Shown piece after piece: positions 37,209-46,181 of a stretch of 64,000 nucleotides of DNA. Position 1 is the stretch's first letter. Every line of letters starts with the position of its first letter. The notes below the pieces were generated by a model that had not been told where the DNA came from, did no database searches, and saw only the letters and a list, made by a program, of their open reading frames with translations. The position numbers were made by a program, and so were the translations under genes. The DNA comes from an uncultured Planctomycetota bacterium (GTDB taxonomy: Bacteria; Planctomycetota; Planctomycetia; Isosphaerales; Isosphaeraceae): contig CAVTTN010000002.1 in the NCBI GenBank assembly GCA_963737655.1, positions 7,264,001-7,328,000 on the forward strand. The letters run 5' to 3'.

Positions 37209-38833
37209 CGCGAGGACTCCGGCGAGGGGCGGCGCCCGAGCGAGGCGAGCGAGGGGAGGCCCAGGGCCAGGAGCGCGACCACCGGGGCGACTCGAAGTCC
37301 CTCGGGCCGGGCGGCCAGGGCGATCAATCCCGGGCCGATCGGCCGGGCGGCGTCGGTTGGGGTCAGGGGCAGGCTCGCCGCCGAATGCAGGGCGGCCGAC
37401 GCCCCCACGGTCATCCCCACGCCCCGGGCCAGGGCCCACCACCTCGGCCGGGAGACGGTGAACCAGGCCGTCCAGGCCGACGCGCCCAGAGTCCTCGCCG
37501 CCTCGATCTCCTCCCGACGCGGCCCCGACCGCCCCGCCGCCGCCGATCTCGCGAGGTCCGGCACCATCACGATCGTGACCGCCCAGAGCAGGGGGGGCCA
37601 GGGCGAGGCATAGGGATCGAGAAATCTCGCGAGCTCCCGGAGGCCGGACGCCGCCAGCGATCCGCTCCGACCGCTCGCCAGGGATTCCAGCAGGCCCGGG
37701 ACCGCCAGGACGCCCAGGCCGATCCCCAGGGGAGGAATCGCCCGGGGCCAACCGGACAGCCCTCGGAGCCTCGACGGCTCGCCGTCCCTCGCCACGGTCC
37801 AGGCAAGCAGGAGCCCGGCCGCCGCGACCGCCAGCCCGAGAATCACGCCATGGAGCAGGACCGGGATCGAATCGGGATCGAGTAAAGCGGCCCGGACCGA
37901 CTCCCCGAGGGGTCCCGGCCCAACCCCAACCCGGAAGACCAGGCCCGCGACCGGAACGAGCCCGATGGCCGACCATCCCAGGAAGATCAGAGCAGCCCCG
38001 ACGGACGAAAACCCCGAGGACCGGGGGAGGCGTCGAGCGACCCGATCGGGAAGAGGCCAGGAGGGACCGCCCCAGGCCCGGATCAGCCATCGGCCGACCA
38101 CGGCCAGGCCCGCGCCGAGAAGACCCAGGGCCGAGGCGATCGCCAGCGAGTCGCCGTCGGCGACGGCCTGAACCACGCGAAATGCCAGGGTCCGCCGGAC
38201 CCCGAGGATCAGAGGGGCGCCGGGTTCCATCAGGGTCATCACGAAGACCTCGGCCGCCGCTCGGGCCGCCCGGGGCCGGATCAGGGGCCAGGTCCCCTCG
38301 CGAAAGGCCCGCCTCCGAGATGCACCGGCCAGCCTCGCCGCGTCATCCCACGACGGATCGACCCGTTCCAGGGCCCGAGACGCCGCCCTCATCACCCGGG
38401 GGACGCCCCAGGCCAGCTCGGCCCACGCCAGGGCGATCCACGGGACGGCCGGAACGTCGAACACCGGCCGACCGGCGATCCAGCAAAGCAGGCCGAGGGC
38501 CGCGATCACCGGAGGAATCCCCCCCGGGATCGCCGCCAGGCCGCGGAGCGGTCGAAGCCCTGGGAATCGCCCCCGAGAGCCGATCCTCGCCAGGATCGTG
38601 CCCAGGAGCAGCGACCCGGCCGACACTCCGCCCGCCAGGATCAGGCTATTGCGGATCGCTTCCCGGGCCGTGGGGTCGGAGATCGTCAACGCGAGAGGAA
38701 ACGCGGTCAGTCGAGGGGAACCGTCCGGCCCGCGATCGACCATCGCCGAGATCGCCAGGGCCGCGACCGGCCCGACGATCAAGACCGTCACGCACCCGGT
38801 CCAAACTGTCCGCGCAAGTCGACCGAGATCCAT
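37205..38833 (-). CDS. ABC transporter permease, Fe3+/thiamine (FbpB-like), two-repeat
   Basis: Two EAA loops (DDAARLAGAS; EAARTLGAS) and many TM segments. Confidence 0.8.
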   Translation of the reverse strand: MDLGRLARTVWTGCVTVLIVGPVAALAISAMVDRGPDGSPRLTAFPLALTISDPTAREAIRNSLILAGGVSAGSLLLGTILARIGSRGRFPGLRPLRGLAAIPGGIPPVIAALGLLCWIAGRPVFDVPAVPWIALAWAELAWGVPRVMRAASRALERVDPSWDDAARLAGASRRRAFREGTWPLIRPRAARAAAEVFVMTLMEPGAPLILGVRRTLAFRVVQAVADGDSLAIASALGLLGAGLAVVGRWLIRAWGGPSWPLPDRVARRLPRSSGFSSVGAALIFLGWSAIGLVPVAGLVFRVGVGPGPLGESVRAALLDPDSIPVLLHGVILGLAVAAAGLLLAWTVARDGEPSRLRGLSGWPRAIPPLGIGLGVLAVPGLLESLASGRSGSLAASGLRELARFLDPYASPWPPLLWAVTIVMVPDLARSAAAGRSGPRREEIEAARTLGASAWTAWFTVSRPRWWALARGVGMTVGASAALHSAASLPLTPTDAARPIGPGLIALAARPEGLRVAPVVALLALGLPSLASLGRRPSPESSR

Positions 38834-38954
38834 CGTCCCTCCCCTTCGGGACGATCTTACGCGACTGCGGCCGACTTGGGGACTTCGGTCGTGGCGATCC
38901 CGGCCGTTTTCGGCGACAATTCGGGATGTCCTCCGCACCCTCGGAGACGGCCCG

Positions 38955-39274
38955 ATGCCCTTGCTCGGCCATTTCCGCCCCCTCTGAGACGGACCCACCC
39001 GTGGCGAGCATTCCACGGGGCCTGGGCCGCGGCGATCGCCCGCCTGTTGAATGGGGGCATCTTGCCGGAGGGGTATTACGCCGTGCCGTTCCTCGACCGC
39101 GACGGACCGATCGAGATCGACGTGGCCGCCCTCCGCGATTTCGAGCTGTCAAGGTCCGCCAGGCGGGCGGATCGATGGCCGACTTGGCAAAGATCGCGGC
39201 CCGAGGATGCTTCGAGATTTCAACAAAACCCGGTCCGCGGTTCGGTTCTTGGAGGGGGCATCGGTTCGGGGTAG
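38955..39274 (+). pseudogene. Truncated DUF4058-like gene remnant
   Basis: MPLLGHFRP[shift]PLRRTHPWRAFHGAWAAAIARLLN..LPEGYYA resembles the N-terminus of planctomycete DUF4058 proteins, then degenerates. Confidence 0.55.
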
Positions 39275-39317
39275 ACTTGATTCAGACCACAAGCGGGAAC
39301 CTGATCGGGGACGACGA

Positions 39318-39616
39318 ATGGTGCGGTACAAGGCGGGATTCAAGTATGTCGAGGGCGGCGTTCATGCTCAGGTCCTTGACTTCCCGGCTGCGATTACCTG
39401 CGCCTCCAGCCTGGCGGAGGCCCGCCACCTGCTCGGCATCGCCTTGATCGACGTGGCCGAGGCGGCGATGGAGTCGGGCCTGGCATCCCCATCCCCGATC
39501 CCCAGGCCTTCGACCCCGAGATGGATATCGAAGAGCCGATCTATCTGCATTTGATCGCGAGCGCGGGCGTGGAGGAGGTGCCGACCGAGGCGGCCTCATG
39601 GAGCGCCGGGACCTGA
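39318..39616 (+). CDS. hicB: HicB-family antitoxin (1-nt frameshift near 39484)
   Basis: AQVLDFPAAITCASSLAEAR. Frame-corrected tail LAIPIPDPQAFDPEMDIEEPIYLHL overlaps hicA. Confidence 0.8.
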
Positions 39617-39783
39617 TCCGGCACTTGCGCGCCTGCGGATGTCGGCTCCTGAGAGAGGGCCGAGGCCATGCCGTCTGGATCAACCCCGCGAGCGGCAGGC
39701 AGAGCGCGGTCCCTCGTCATCGCGAGATCAACGAGTGCACCGCGAAGGCCATCTGCCGCCAACTCGAGGTCCCGGCAGTCTGA
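39598..39783 (+). CDS. hicA: HicA-family mRNase toxin
   Basis: RRDLIRHL...LREGRGHAVWINP...VPRHREI....AKAICRQL. Confidence 0.9.
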   Translation: MERRDLIRHLRACGCRLLREGRGHAVWINPASGRQSAVPRHREINECTAKAICRQLEVPAV

Positions 39784-39962
39784 GCGCGGCCCGGGTGGAT
39801 CGCTCGGAGCCTCTGGGCCACGTTTTTTCGAGCTCCGTTGGGCGGGCCTCGGCCGGGCGTCTCGGGCCCGGCTGGGCGGGTTGATGCCTCGCCGACGGAT
39901 CGAGCCTTTGCGAATTCTCCACCCGGATCCCACGTTCGGCACCTCAAAGGGGCGGTTCGCCC

Positions 39963-40844
39963 GTGCGATTCCTCAACATCTCGGTCCTGGCGCTCATGGG
40001 TCTGGTGCTCGGGGCTTCTCTCGGCCTGGCGGCCCTGCGGTTCTCGACGCCGAACGTCGCGAGGGGCTTGCTCCTGCTGGTGTTCGGCCTCTTCGGCCTG
40101 TCGATCCTCGCCGCGGTGAATCGTCGGGGAGCGTCACGCGCCTCCTGGATCGGGTTCGTCGTGATGGGCGGCGGATACCTGGCGCTTTCGTCCGGCTCCT
40201 GGACGCTGGACGAGGCCGAGAGGGAATTCGTCTCCCAAAATGGCGGGACGTCGGGCGGGGCCCGAAGTCCCCTCCGTCGCGAGCCGCCGGGCCTCGGAGG
40301 CTGGCTGGCGACGACCTCGATCCTCGACGCCGTCCGCCGGTCGTTCCAGGCCGAAAACGGCTCGGGATCGCCGATGGATTGGGTCGATCTCTCCTCGTTC
40401 ACCGACCCGGCGAGCTACGCCACCTCGGCCGCCCTGAAACGGCCCCTGGACATGCCGTTCCCGGATTCCACGAGGCTGGATGACGTCCTGAACTACATCC
40501 GGGCCTCGACCCGCGGCGAGAACCTCCCCGAAGGGCTGCCGATCTACGTCGATCCGGCCGGCCTCCGGGAGGCGGGCCAGACGATGTACTCGACGGTCTT
40601 CCTGGAGGCCAAGGGGATGCCCGCCCGCAAGGCCCTCCAACTGATCCTGGCCCAAGTCGGCCTGACCTGCACGGTCGAGGACGGTCTCCTGACGATCACC
40701 AGTCCCTCGCGGGCCTCGGTCGTCGATCGCGTCGAGGCGTTCCGCCGTGTCGGCCACGCCCTGTTCGCAATCGTCTTCGGGATCGTGGGCGGCCTCTCGG
40801 CGAGGTTCATAAGGGGGACGCGCTCGCCGATCGGGGACGACTGA
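39963..40844 (+). CDS. Membrane protein with STN-like domain
   Basis: N-terminal TMs; LDDVLNYI...IYVDPAGL...ALQLIL..VGL...VEDGLLTIT. Confidence 0.65.
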   Translation: MRFLNISVLALMGLVLGASLGLAALRFSTPNVARGLLLLVFGLFGLSILAAVNRRGASRASWIGFVVMGGGYLALSSGSWTLDEAEREFVSQNGGTSGGARSPLRREPPGLGGWLATTSILDAVRRSFQAENGSGSPMDWVDLSSFTDPASYATSAALKRPLDMPFPDSTRLDDVLNYIRASTRGENLPEGLPIYVDPAGLREAGQTMYSTVFLEAKGMPARKALQLILAQVGLTCTVEDGLLTITSPSRASVVDRVEAFRRVGHALFAIVFGIVGGLSARFIRGTRSPIGDD

Positions 40845-40861
40845 CCGGGCCGACGCAGTCC

Positions 40862-42205
40862 TTATCGCCCCGCTCCCAGACCGATCGGCCGGGTCCGGCC
40901 TTCGGGCGGCTTGCCCCCGAGGTGCTCGGCGTCTCGGGTCATCTGGAGGAATCCCAGGGCCATCTCGTCCTCGGTCTGCTCGCCCCAGCGGACGTCCCTG
41001 GGCGGGTGGCTGGGGTTGTTCGGGTTCTTGTCCGAGTTGTCGAAGTGCGCGAGCATGTCAATCTTCGTGCCCTTCGGCAGCGCGATCGGCTCGGCGAAAT
41101 CGTAGGTGTCCTGCCAGTTGAAGTCCCACCGATCGACCTGGATCAGCGTGCGTTTGGCGCCGTCGGGCAACGTGGCGACGAGGCGGAAGTCCTTGCCGAG
41201 CCAGTGCATGTGCGGGACCACGGCGGTCATGTGGACGTCGTCGGGCAGCGTGAGCGTGCCCTTGACCTCGTAATTCGCGTCGCCGGCGGGGATGTGGAGC
41301 TCGGGCCGGGCGAGGATTCGGGGCCTCGGCGGGCTGACCAGGCCGCCCCGGAGCTGCTTGTCGATCGGCCCCTTGGCGAAATACAGGGCGATGCTGGTGG
41401 AGTCGGTCTCGACCTTGCCGCTCCGGTGGTAGTGGACCTGCAAGAGGAGGTCCGAGCCGGCCGGGAGCCAGCGGCCCACGCCGTCGGGCAGGGCCTTGGG
41501 CGCCTTGCCCGGGGCCCATCCGCCGATGCCTCCCGACGGGAAGAACGGCAGGCCCGACTTGCTCGACCCGAACCCGCCGAAGCTCTGATAGCCGGGCCCG
41601 GGGTCGGCCTCGTCGAACGCCTTGGCGCGTCCGCCGGTGTCGAAGGCGGCGATCACGTGATGGACGACCTTCGGGTTCCCCGGCCGGAAATCGACCGCGC
41701 GAATCCATCGGCCCTCGGTCAATCCCGTCGGGATCACGAAGATGCGGAGCTCATCGCGGCCGGTGGCGGCCAGGGTGTAGGGCTCGGGCATCTTGATGAC
41801 CAGGTCGGGCTCGCCCAGGGCCCAGTCGGAGCCGAAGTCCCGGGGCGGGGGCGCGTCCTTCGCGTCCCCTTCCGGGCAACCGGCCTCGACCCATCCGGCG
41901 ATCGTGGCGATTTCCTTCTCGGAGAGGATGCGAGGGTCCTTGAACGGGCCGCCCTCGACGGTCGAGGCGTGCCACGGCGGCATCTGGCGAGAGTTGGTGA
42001 CCGTGGCGAGGTCGCCCGCTCGTTTCCTGGCCTGGTCGAACGTCAGGAGCGAGAACGGCGCGACCTGGCCCGGCCGATGGCATTCCTGGCAATGCGTCTG
42101 GAGGATCGGCGCCACCTCCCGATAGAAGGACAACGGCTCGGAGCCGGGCGACGCCGCCACCGCCCCGAACAGGACCGCACCCACCGCCGCGAATCGACCG
42201 ATCAT
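40862..42205 (-). CDS. Cytochrome c fused to a copper type II (PHM/DBH-like) monooxygenase domain
   Basis: Signal peptide; CQECH; VVHH, HYH, PHMH and EDEM putative Cu ligands. Confidence 0.85.
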   Translation of the reverse strand: MIGRFAAVGAVLFGAVAASPGSEPLSFYREVAPILQTHCQECHRPGQVAPFSLLTFDQARKRAGDLATVTNSRQMPPWHASTVEGGPFKDPRILSEKEIATIAGWVEAGCPEGDAKDAPPPRDFGSDWALGEPDLVIKMPEPYTLAATGRDELRIFVIPTGLTEGRWIRAVDFRPGNPKVVHHVIAAFDTGGRAKAFDEADPGPGYQSFGGFGSSKSGLPFFPSGGIGGWAPGKAPKALPDGVGRWLPAGSDLLLQVHYHRSGKVETDSTSIALYFAKGPIDKQLRGGLVSPPRPRILARPELHIPAGDANYEVKGTLTLPDDVHMTAVVPHMHWLGKDFRLVATLPDGAKRTLIQVDRWDFNWQDTYDFAEPIALPKGTKIDMLAHFDNSDKNPNNPSHPPRDVRWGEQTEDEMALGFLQMTRDAEHLGGKPPEGRTRPIGLGAGR

Positions 42206-42286
42206 CGCCCAACCCTCCTCGCCCCGTCGTCTCTGCGGACATCCTAGGATACCCGGAGGGGCGAGGACGGGTTTCGGGCGACGAAC

Positions 42287-42568
42287 TCACGCGGTGAACG
42301 TGTCGGTCGGGCCTTTCGGGGCGGTCCCGAGGCTCGTCCGTTCATGATGCCGGCGCTCGTGATGGTACGCCAGGCCGACGAACGTGATCGCCAGGCCGAC
42401 GATCGCCGCGAGCACGAGGACGACGACGATCAGCTCCATCGGCCGGTCGAGCTGGTTGAAGAGGAACGAGCCCACGCGGCCCTCGTAGCGATTGCCCAGC
42501 CCGATGGAGGCCAGGCCGAGGCCGATCAGGGCCCCGGCGGTGATGATGCCCCCGGTCAACGCTCTCAT
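42287..42568 (-). CDS. Small 2-TM membrane protein
   Basis: GGGAGA RBS; two hydrophobic helices; YHHERRHH tail. Confidence 0.7.
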   Translation of the reverse strand: MRALTGGIITAGALIGLGLASIGLGNRYEGRVGSFLFNQLDRPMELIVVVLVLAAIVGLAITFVGLAYHHERRHHERTSLGTAPKGPTDTFTA

Positions 42569-42635
42569 GAGGAATCTCCCTCGGGAAAAGGCCGAGACGT
42601 TGGCGGGACGAGGCCCGCGCGTCGGTCGATGTCGA

Positions 42636-42809
42636 TCACATGTTGCATCCGCGGAGCAGGCCGGCCATCACGATGAAGATCCCGCCGATGATCAGCAGGA
42701 AGCTGCTGCATCCGCAGCCGGGATAGGCCCCGTAGGGCCCTTGATAGCCGTAGCCGGGCCCCGGGCCCCGGCCTCCGCCGAAGCCTCCGAACAGCGAACC
42801 CAAACCCAT
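42636..42809 (-). CDS. Small Gly-rich membrane peptide (57 aa)
   Basis: GAGG RBS; MGLGSLFGG...PGCGCSSFLLIIGGIFIVMAGLLRGCNM. Confidence 0.6.
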   Translation of the reverse strand: MGLGSLFGGFGGGRGPGPGYGYQGPYGAYPGCGCSSFLLIIGGIFIVMAGLLRGCNM

Positions 42810-42907
42810 CGCGCACCTCGAATCCAGTGGAATGACCCCCGCGCCGGGCGGGCAACGTCCCGGCCGCTGAGGCCCTCCGCCTCGCAACCCCCATGCCGTC
42901 TCTGGAC

Positions 42908-43783
42908 TTATCGCGAGGCCATCGCCACGATCGCCGCCTCGATCGTCGGCCGGGGCAGGCCGGGGAGGAGGCCCCGGAGCCGGGACGTGTCGAGCGAGAC
43001 GTCGGCCGGTCGGGGCTCGGGGGACGGGGCGTCGCTCTGGCGGTTCTTCCTGACGAGGGACGGGTCGAAGCCGAGAGCCGAGGCGATCCGGGCCATCAGG
43101 CCGAACCGGCTCACGCGCTCGGACCCGGCGAGGTGGACGATCCCGGCCACGTCCGATTCCAGGAGCCGGACCAGCCCTTCGGCGGCCGTCGGATAATCCA
43201 GGGGGGTCCGGAATTCGTCCTCGAAGAAGGTTTGCGGCTCGCCTCGACCAAGGGCCGCGATCGCGCGATCGAAGAACGCGGGACGGCCGCACCGGCTCGG
43301 GCCGAACATCAGGGGGAGGCGGACCACCAGGCCGCCCGAGACCTCCCGAATGGCCGCCTCGCCGGTCTTCTTGGTCCGGCCGTATTCGAGGACGGGCTCG
43401 GCCGGGTCGTCCTCGCGGTTCCAGGGCTTCGAGCCGTCGAAGACCAGGTCGGTGGAGGTGAAGACGAGCCGTCGGCCGCGGTCCGAGGCCCATCGGGCGA
43501 TCGCCTGGGTGGCCGAGACGTTGATGGCTCGGGCCCTCGGGGGATCGCGGCGGACCGACTCGGCCGAGGCGATCGCGGCGGCGTGGAGGATGGCCTCGGG
43601 ATCGGCCTCGTCGAGCCTCCCGGCCCAATCGGGCGCCTCGAAATCGACCGGGACGAGCCGGACGCCCGACCTCTCTCCGCCGACGGACCCGCTCCAGGCG
43701 ACGACCCCATGCCCGGCGAGCCGGAGGGCGTCGATCAGGTAGGCCCCCAGGTTGCCGCTCGCCCCCGTCACCAGAACCGTCAT
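42908..43783 (-). CDS. RmlD-like SDR (dTDP-4-dehydrorhamnose reductase family)
   Basis: VTGASGNLG, STDLVFDG, YGRTK. Confidence 0.88.
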   Translation of the reverse strand: MTVLVTGASGNLGAYLIDALRLAGHGVVAWSGSVGGERSGVRLVPVDFEAPDWAGRLDEADPEAILHAAAIASAESVRRDPPRARAINVSATQAIARWASDRGRRLVFTSTDLVFDGSKPWNREDDPAEPVLEYGRTKKTGEAAIREVSGGLVVRLPLMFGPSRCGRPAFFDRAIAALGRGEPQTFFEDEFRTPLDYPTAAEGLVRLLESDVAGIVHLAGSERVSRFGLMARIASALGFDPSLVRKNRQSDAPSPEPRPADVSLDTSRLRGLLPGLPRPTIEAAIVAMASR

Positions 43784-43952
43784 GGCCGGACCTCCTTCGC
43801 GTTCCTGGGATAACGATCCGAAGCGATGCGCGGGGCCTTCCTCGGAAACCCTTCCGGTCGGGCCGAATTTCGGGGGGGCCGTGGCCGATGGAAACTCCCG
43901 GCGAGGTCCACGATAGGGCCGCCGCGACGAGGCGACGTCAAGGGGGCCGGCG

Positions 43953-44834
43953 ATGGAAATCCACGATCTGACGCTCGATGACCTGGTCCTGGACCCCTCG
44001 CTGAACCTCCGAGACCGGCTCGACGACGACACCGTCCATCGCTACATGGACGCCTGGGGCCGGATGCCGCCGATCACCGTCTTCGACGTCGAGGGGCGGC
44101 TCCTGGTCGCCGACGGCTTCCACCGCCACGCCGCGGCCGTCTCTCTCGGCAAGAGGACGATCCTGGCCGAGGTGCGAGCCGGGACGTTCCCCGAGGCGCT
44201 CGACTTCGTGGCCGGCGCCAACCTCTTCCACGGCCTCCCCCTGACCCGCGCCGAGAGGCGACGGGCCATCGAGGTCAGGCTCCGGCTCCATCACGAGCGG
44301 TCCGACCGCCACCTGGCCGAGGAGCTCAGCGTGGGGCGGGAGCTGGTGGCCAAGATCCGCCGGCAACTGGTGGAAGCGGGCCAGATTCCCCTCGGCTCGA
44401 CCCGCCTGGGGGCCGACGGCAAGACCTATCCCGCCAGCCTCCCGAAAGACCCGAACGAGCACACGCCGAGAGACCTCGGCTCGACCCAGGACGACCCCAG
44501 GTCACGAGGCGGAAAAGAGGCCGATCCCGCGCCCTGGGACGACACCAGCGACCCTCTCCCGGTCGTCCAGGAAGCGCCCCGAACCGCCGCCCCCTGGGAA
44601 GAGGAGACCGCCGACGCCAAGGTCATCGCCCAGGGGCCGCCGATCCCCTCCGCCGCCCCGACCATCGACGAGATGCTCGGCCTGATGACGAAGCAGGTCA
44701 TGGAAGTCGTTTCCTGGACCCAGGCCGAAGGCTTCTTCGAGTCCTACCGGACCGCCGGGGCCAACGCGCGAGGCCTGTTCCAATCCGCCACCATCAAGCT
44801 CGCCGCCCGAGCCGACCAGTTGCGGAGGGCGTGA
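43953..44834 (+). CDS. ParB/Srx N-terminal domain protein with probable HTH
   Basis: PPITV...LVADGFHRHAA; N..HGLPLTRAERRRA; SDRHLAEELSVGRELVAKIR. Confidence 0.8.
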   Translation: MEIHDLTLDDLVLDPSLNLRDRLDDDTVHRYMDAWGRMPPITVFDVEGRLLVADGFHRHAAAVSLGKRTILAEVRAGTFPEALDFVAGANLFHGLPLTRAERRRAIEVRLRLHHERSDRHLAEELSVGRELVAKIRRQLVEAGQIPLGSTRLGADGKTYPASLPKDPNEHTPRDLGSTQDDPRSRGGKEADPAPWDDTSDPLPVVQEAPRTAAPWEEETADAKVIAQGPPIPSAAPTIDEMLGLMTKQVMEVVSWTQAEGFFESYRTAGANARGLFQSATIKLAARADQLRRA

Positions 44835-44969
44835 ACCCTCCACGATTTCGTTGGCGAGCGAGGCCCCGACGCGATAGCCTGACTCCCTGGGAACGTCCGA
44901 AGCCGCGCGCCCCACAAAGGGGAAGGCGCCTTCGGAGGGCGTCCGCTCGGTTCGGGAGTCGCCACGTCG

Positions 44970-46163
44970 ATGATCGGCCACCTTCGCCTCGTGACCGGGC
45001 CCGAGTCGGGCCGGACCATCGACCTCTACGATGGGCAGACCCTGGTGATCGGCCGGGGGGAGAAGTCCGACACCAAATTCAAGGACCTTCAGGTCTCGCG
45101 AATCCATTGCGAGCTGCGAGTTCTCGACGGGTCCTGTACCCTGGTGGATGACGAGAGCGTCGGCGGGACGTTCGTCAACGGGCAGAAGGTCCGCGAGCAA
45201 CCGGTTCGTCACGGCGACGTCATCCGCGTCGGCTCGACCGAGATGAAGCTCCACCTGATGGGGATCGCCGACGCGGCGGAACTCGTCGCCGCCCAGCGGC
45301 CGAAGCCGAAATCGACCGGGGCGGCGGACGTCTCGGGCCAGACGATCTCGCATTACGAGGTCGGGGAGCTCGTCGCCCGGGGGCGGACCGGCTCGATTTA
45401 CCGGGCCGAGGACACCCGGGACGGCCGGACCGTGGCCTTGAAGGTCCTGAACCCCGAATATGCCGACGACGAGGAAGAGCTCCAGCGATTCATCCGCGCG
45501 ATGAAGACCGTCGTCGGGCTGAAGCACCCGAACCTCGTCGCGGTCCTCGGCGCCGGCAAGCAGGGATCGATCTGCTTCACGGCGATGGAGTTCGTCGAGG
45601 GGGAACCGCTGACGAGGATTATCGAGAGGGTGGGGACCGAGGGGATGCTCGACTGGCGGAAGGCCCGATCGGTGGGCCTGGACGTGGCCCGGGGGCTGGA
45701 GGCCGCCCACGCCCAGCACATCATCCATCGCAACGTGATGCCGGCCAATATTATGATCCGAAAGCCCGATTACACCGCCAAGCTCGGCGACCTGATGCTC
45801 GCCAAGGCGATGGAGGGGCTGATGGCCCGGCAGATCACCCGGCCCGGCGAGCTCGTCGGCGAGATCGTCTACATGTCGCCCGAGAGGACCCGGGAAGACG
45901 TCTCGGTGGACACCCGGAGCGACCTCTACAGCCTCGGCGCGACGCTGTACACCCTGCTCGCCGGGCGTCCTCCGTTCGAAGGGCGGACGCTGGTCGAGCG
46001 GGTCTCGCAGATCCGCCAGGCCGACCCGCTCCCCCCCAAGAAGTTCCAGCCCGAATTGCCCGACGCCCTCCAGGACGTCGTCTTGAAGGCGATGGCCAAG
46101 AGGCCCGAGATGCGCTATCAGACCGCCTCGGAGATGAGGAAGGATCTCGAGAAGCCGCTGTAG
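44970..46163 (+). CDS. FHA domain + Ser/Thr kinase-like domain (probable pseudokinase)
   Basis: IGR, VSRIH, GTFVNG (FHA); VALK, HRNVMPAN, DLM, YMSPE. Confidence 0.88.
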   Translation: MIGHLRLVTGPESGRTIDLYDGQTLVIGRGEKSDTKFKDLQVSRIHCELRVLDGSCTLVDDESVGGTFVNGQKVREQPVRHGDVIRVGSTEMKLHLMGIADAAELVAAQRPKPKSTGAADVSGQTISHYEVGELVARGRTGSIYRAEDTRDGRTVALKVLNPEYADDEEELQRFIRAMKTVVGLKHPNLVAVLGAGKQGSICFTAMEFVEGEPLTRIIERVGTEGMLDWRKARSVGLDVARGLEAAHAQHIIHRNVMPANIMIRKPDYTAKLGDLMLAKAMEGLMARQITRPGELVGEIVYMSPERTREDVSVDTRSDLYSLGATLYTLLAGRPPFEGRTLVERVSQIRQADPLPPKKFQPELPDALQDVVLKAMAKRPEMRYQTASEMRKDLEKPL

Positions 46164-46181
46164 GGAGCGAAAAACGCAGGA

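Noticed and set aside
43953..44834. Prophage or plasmid partition locus
   Set aside because: No parA, integrase, replication or phage structural genes nearby
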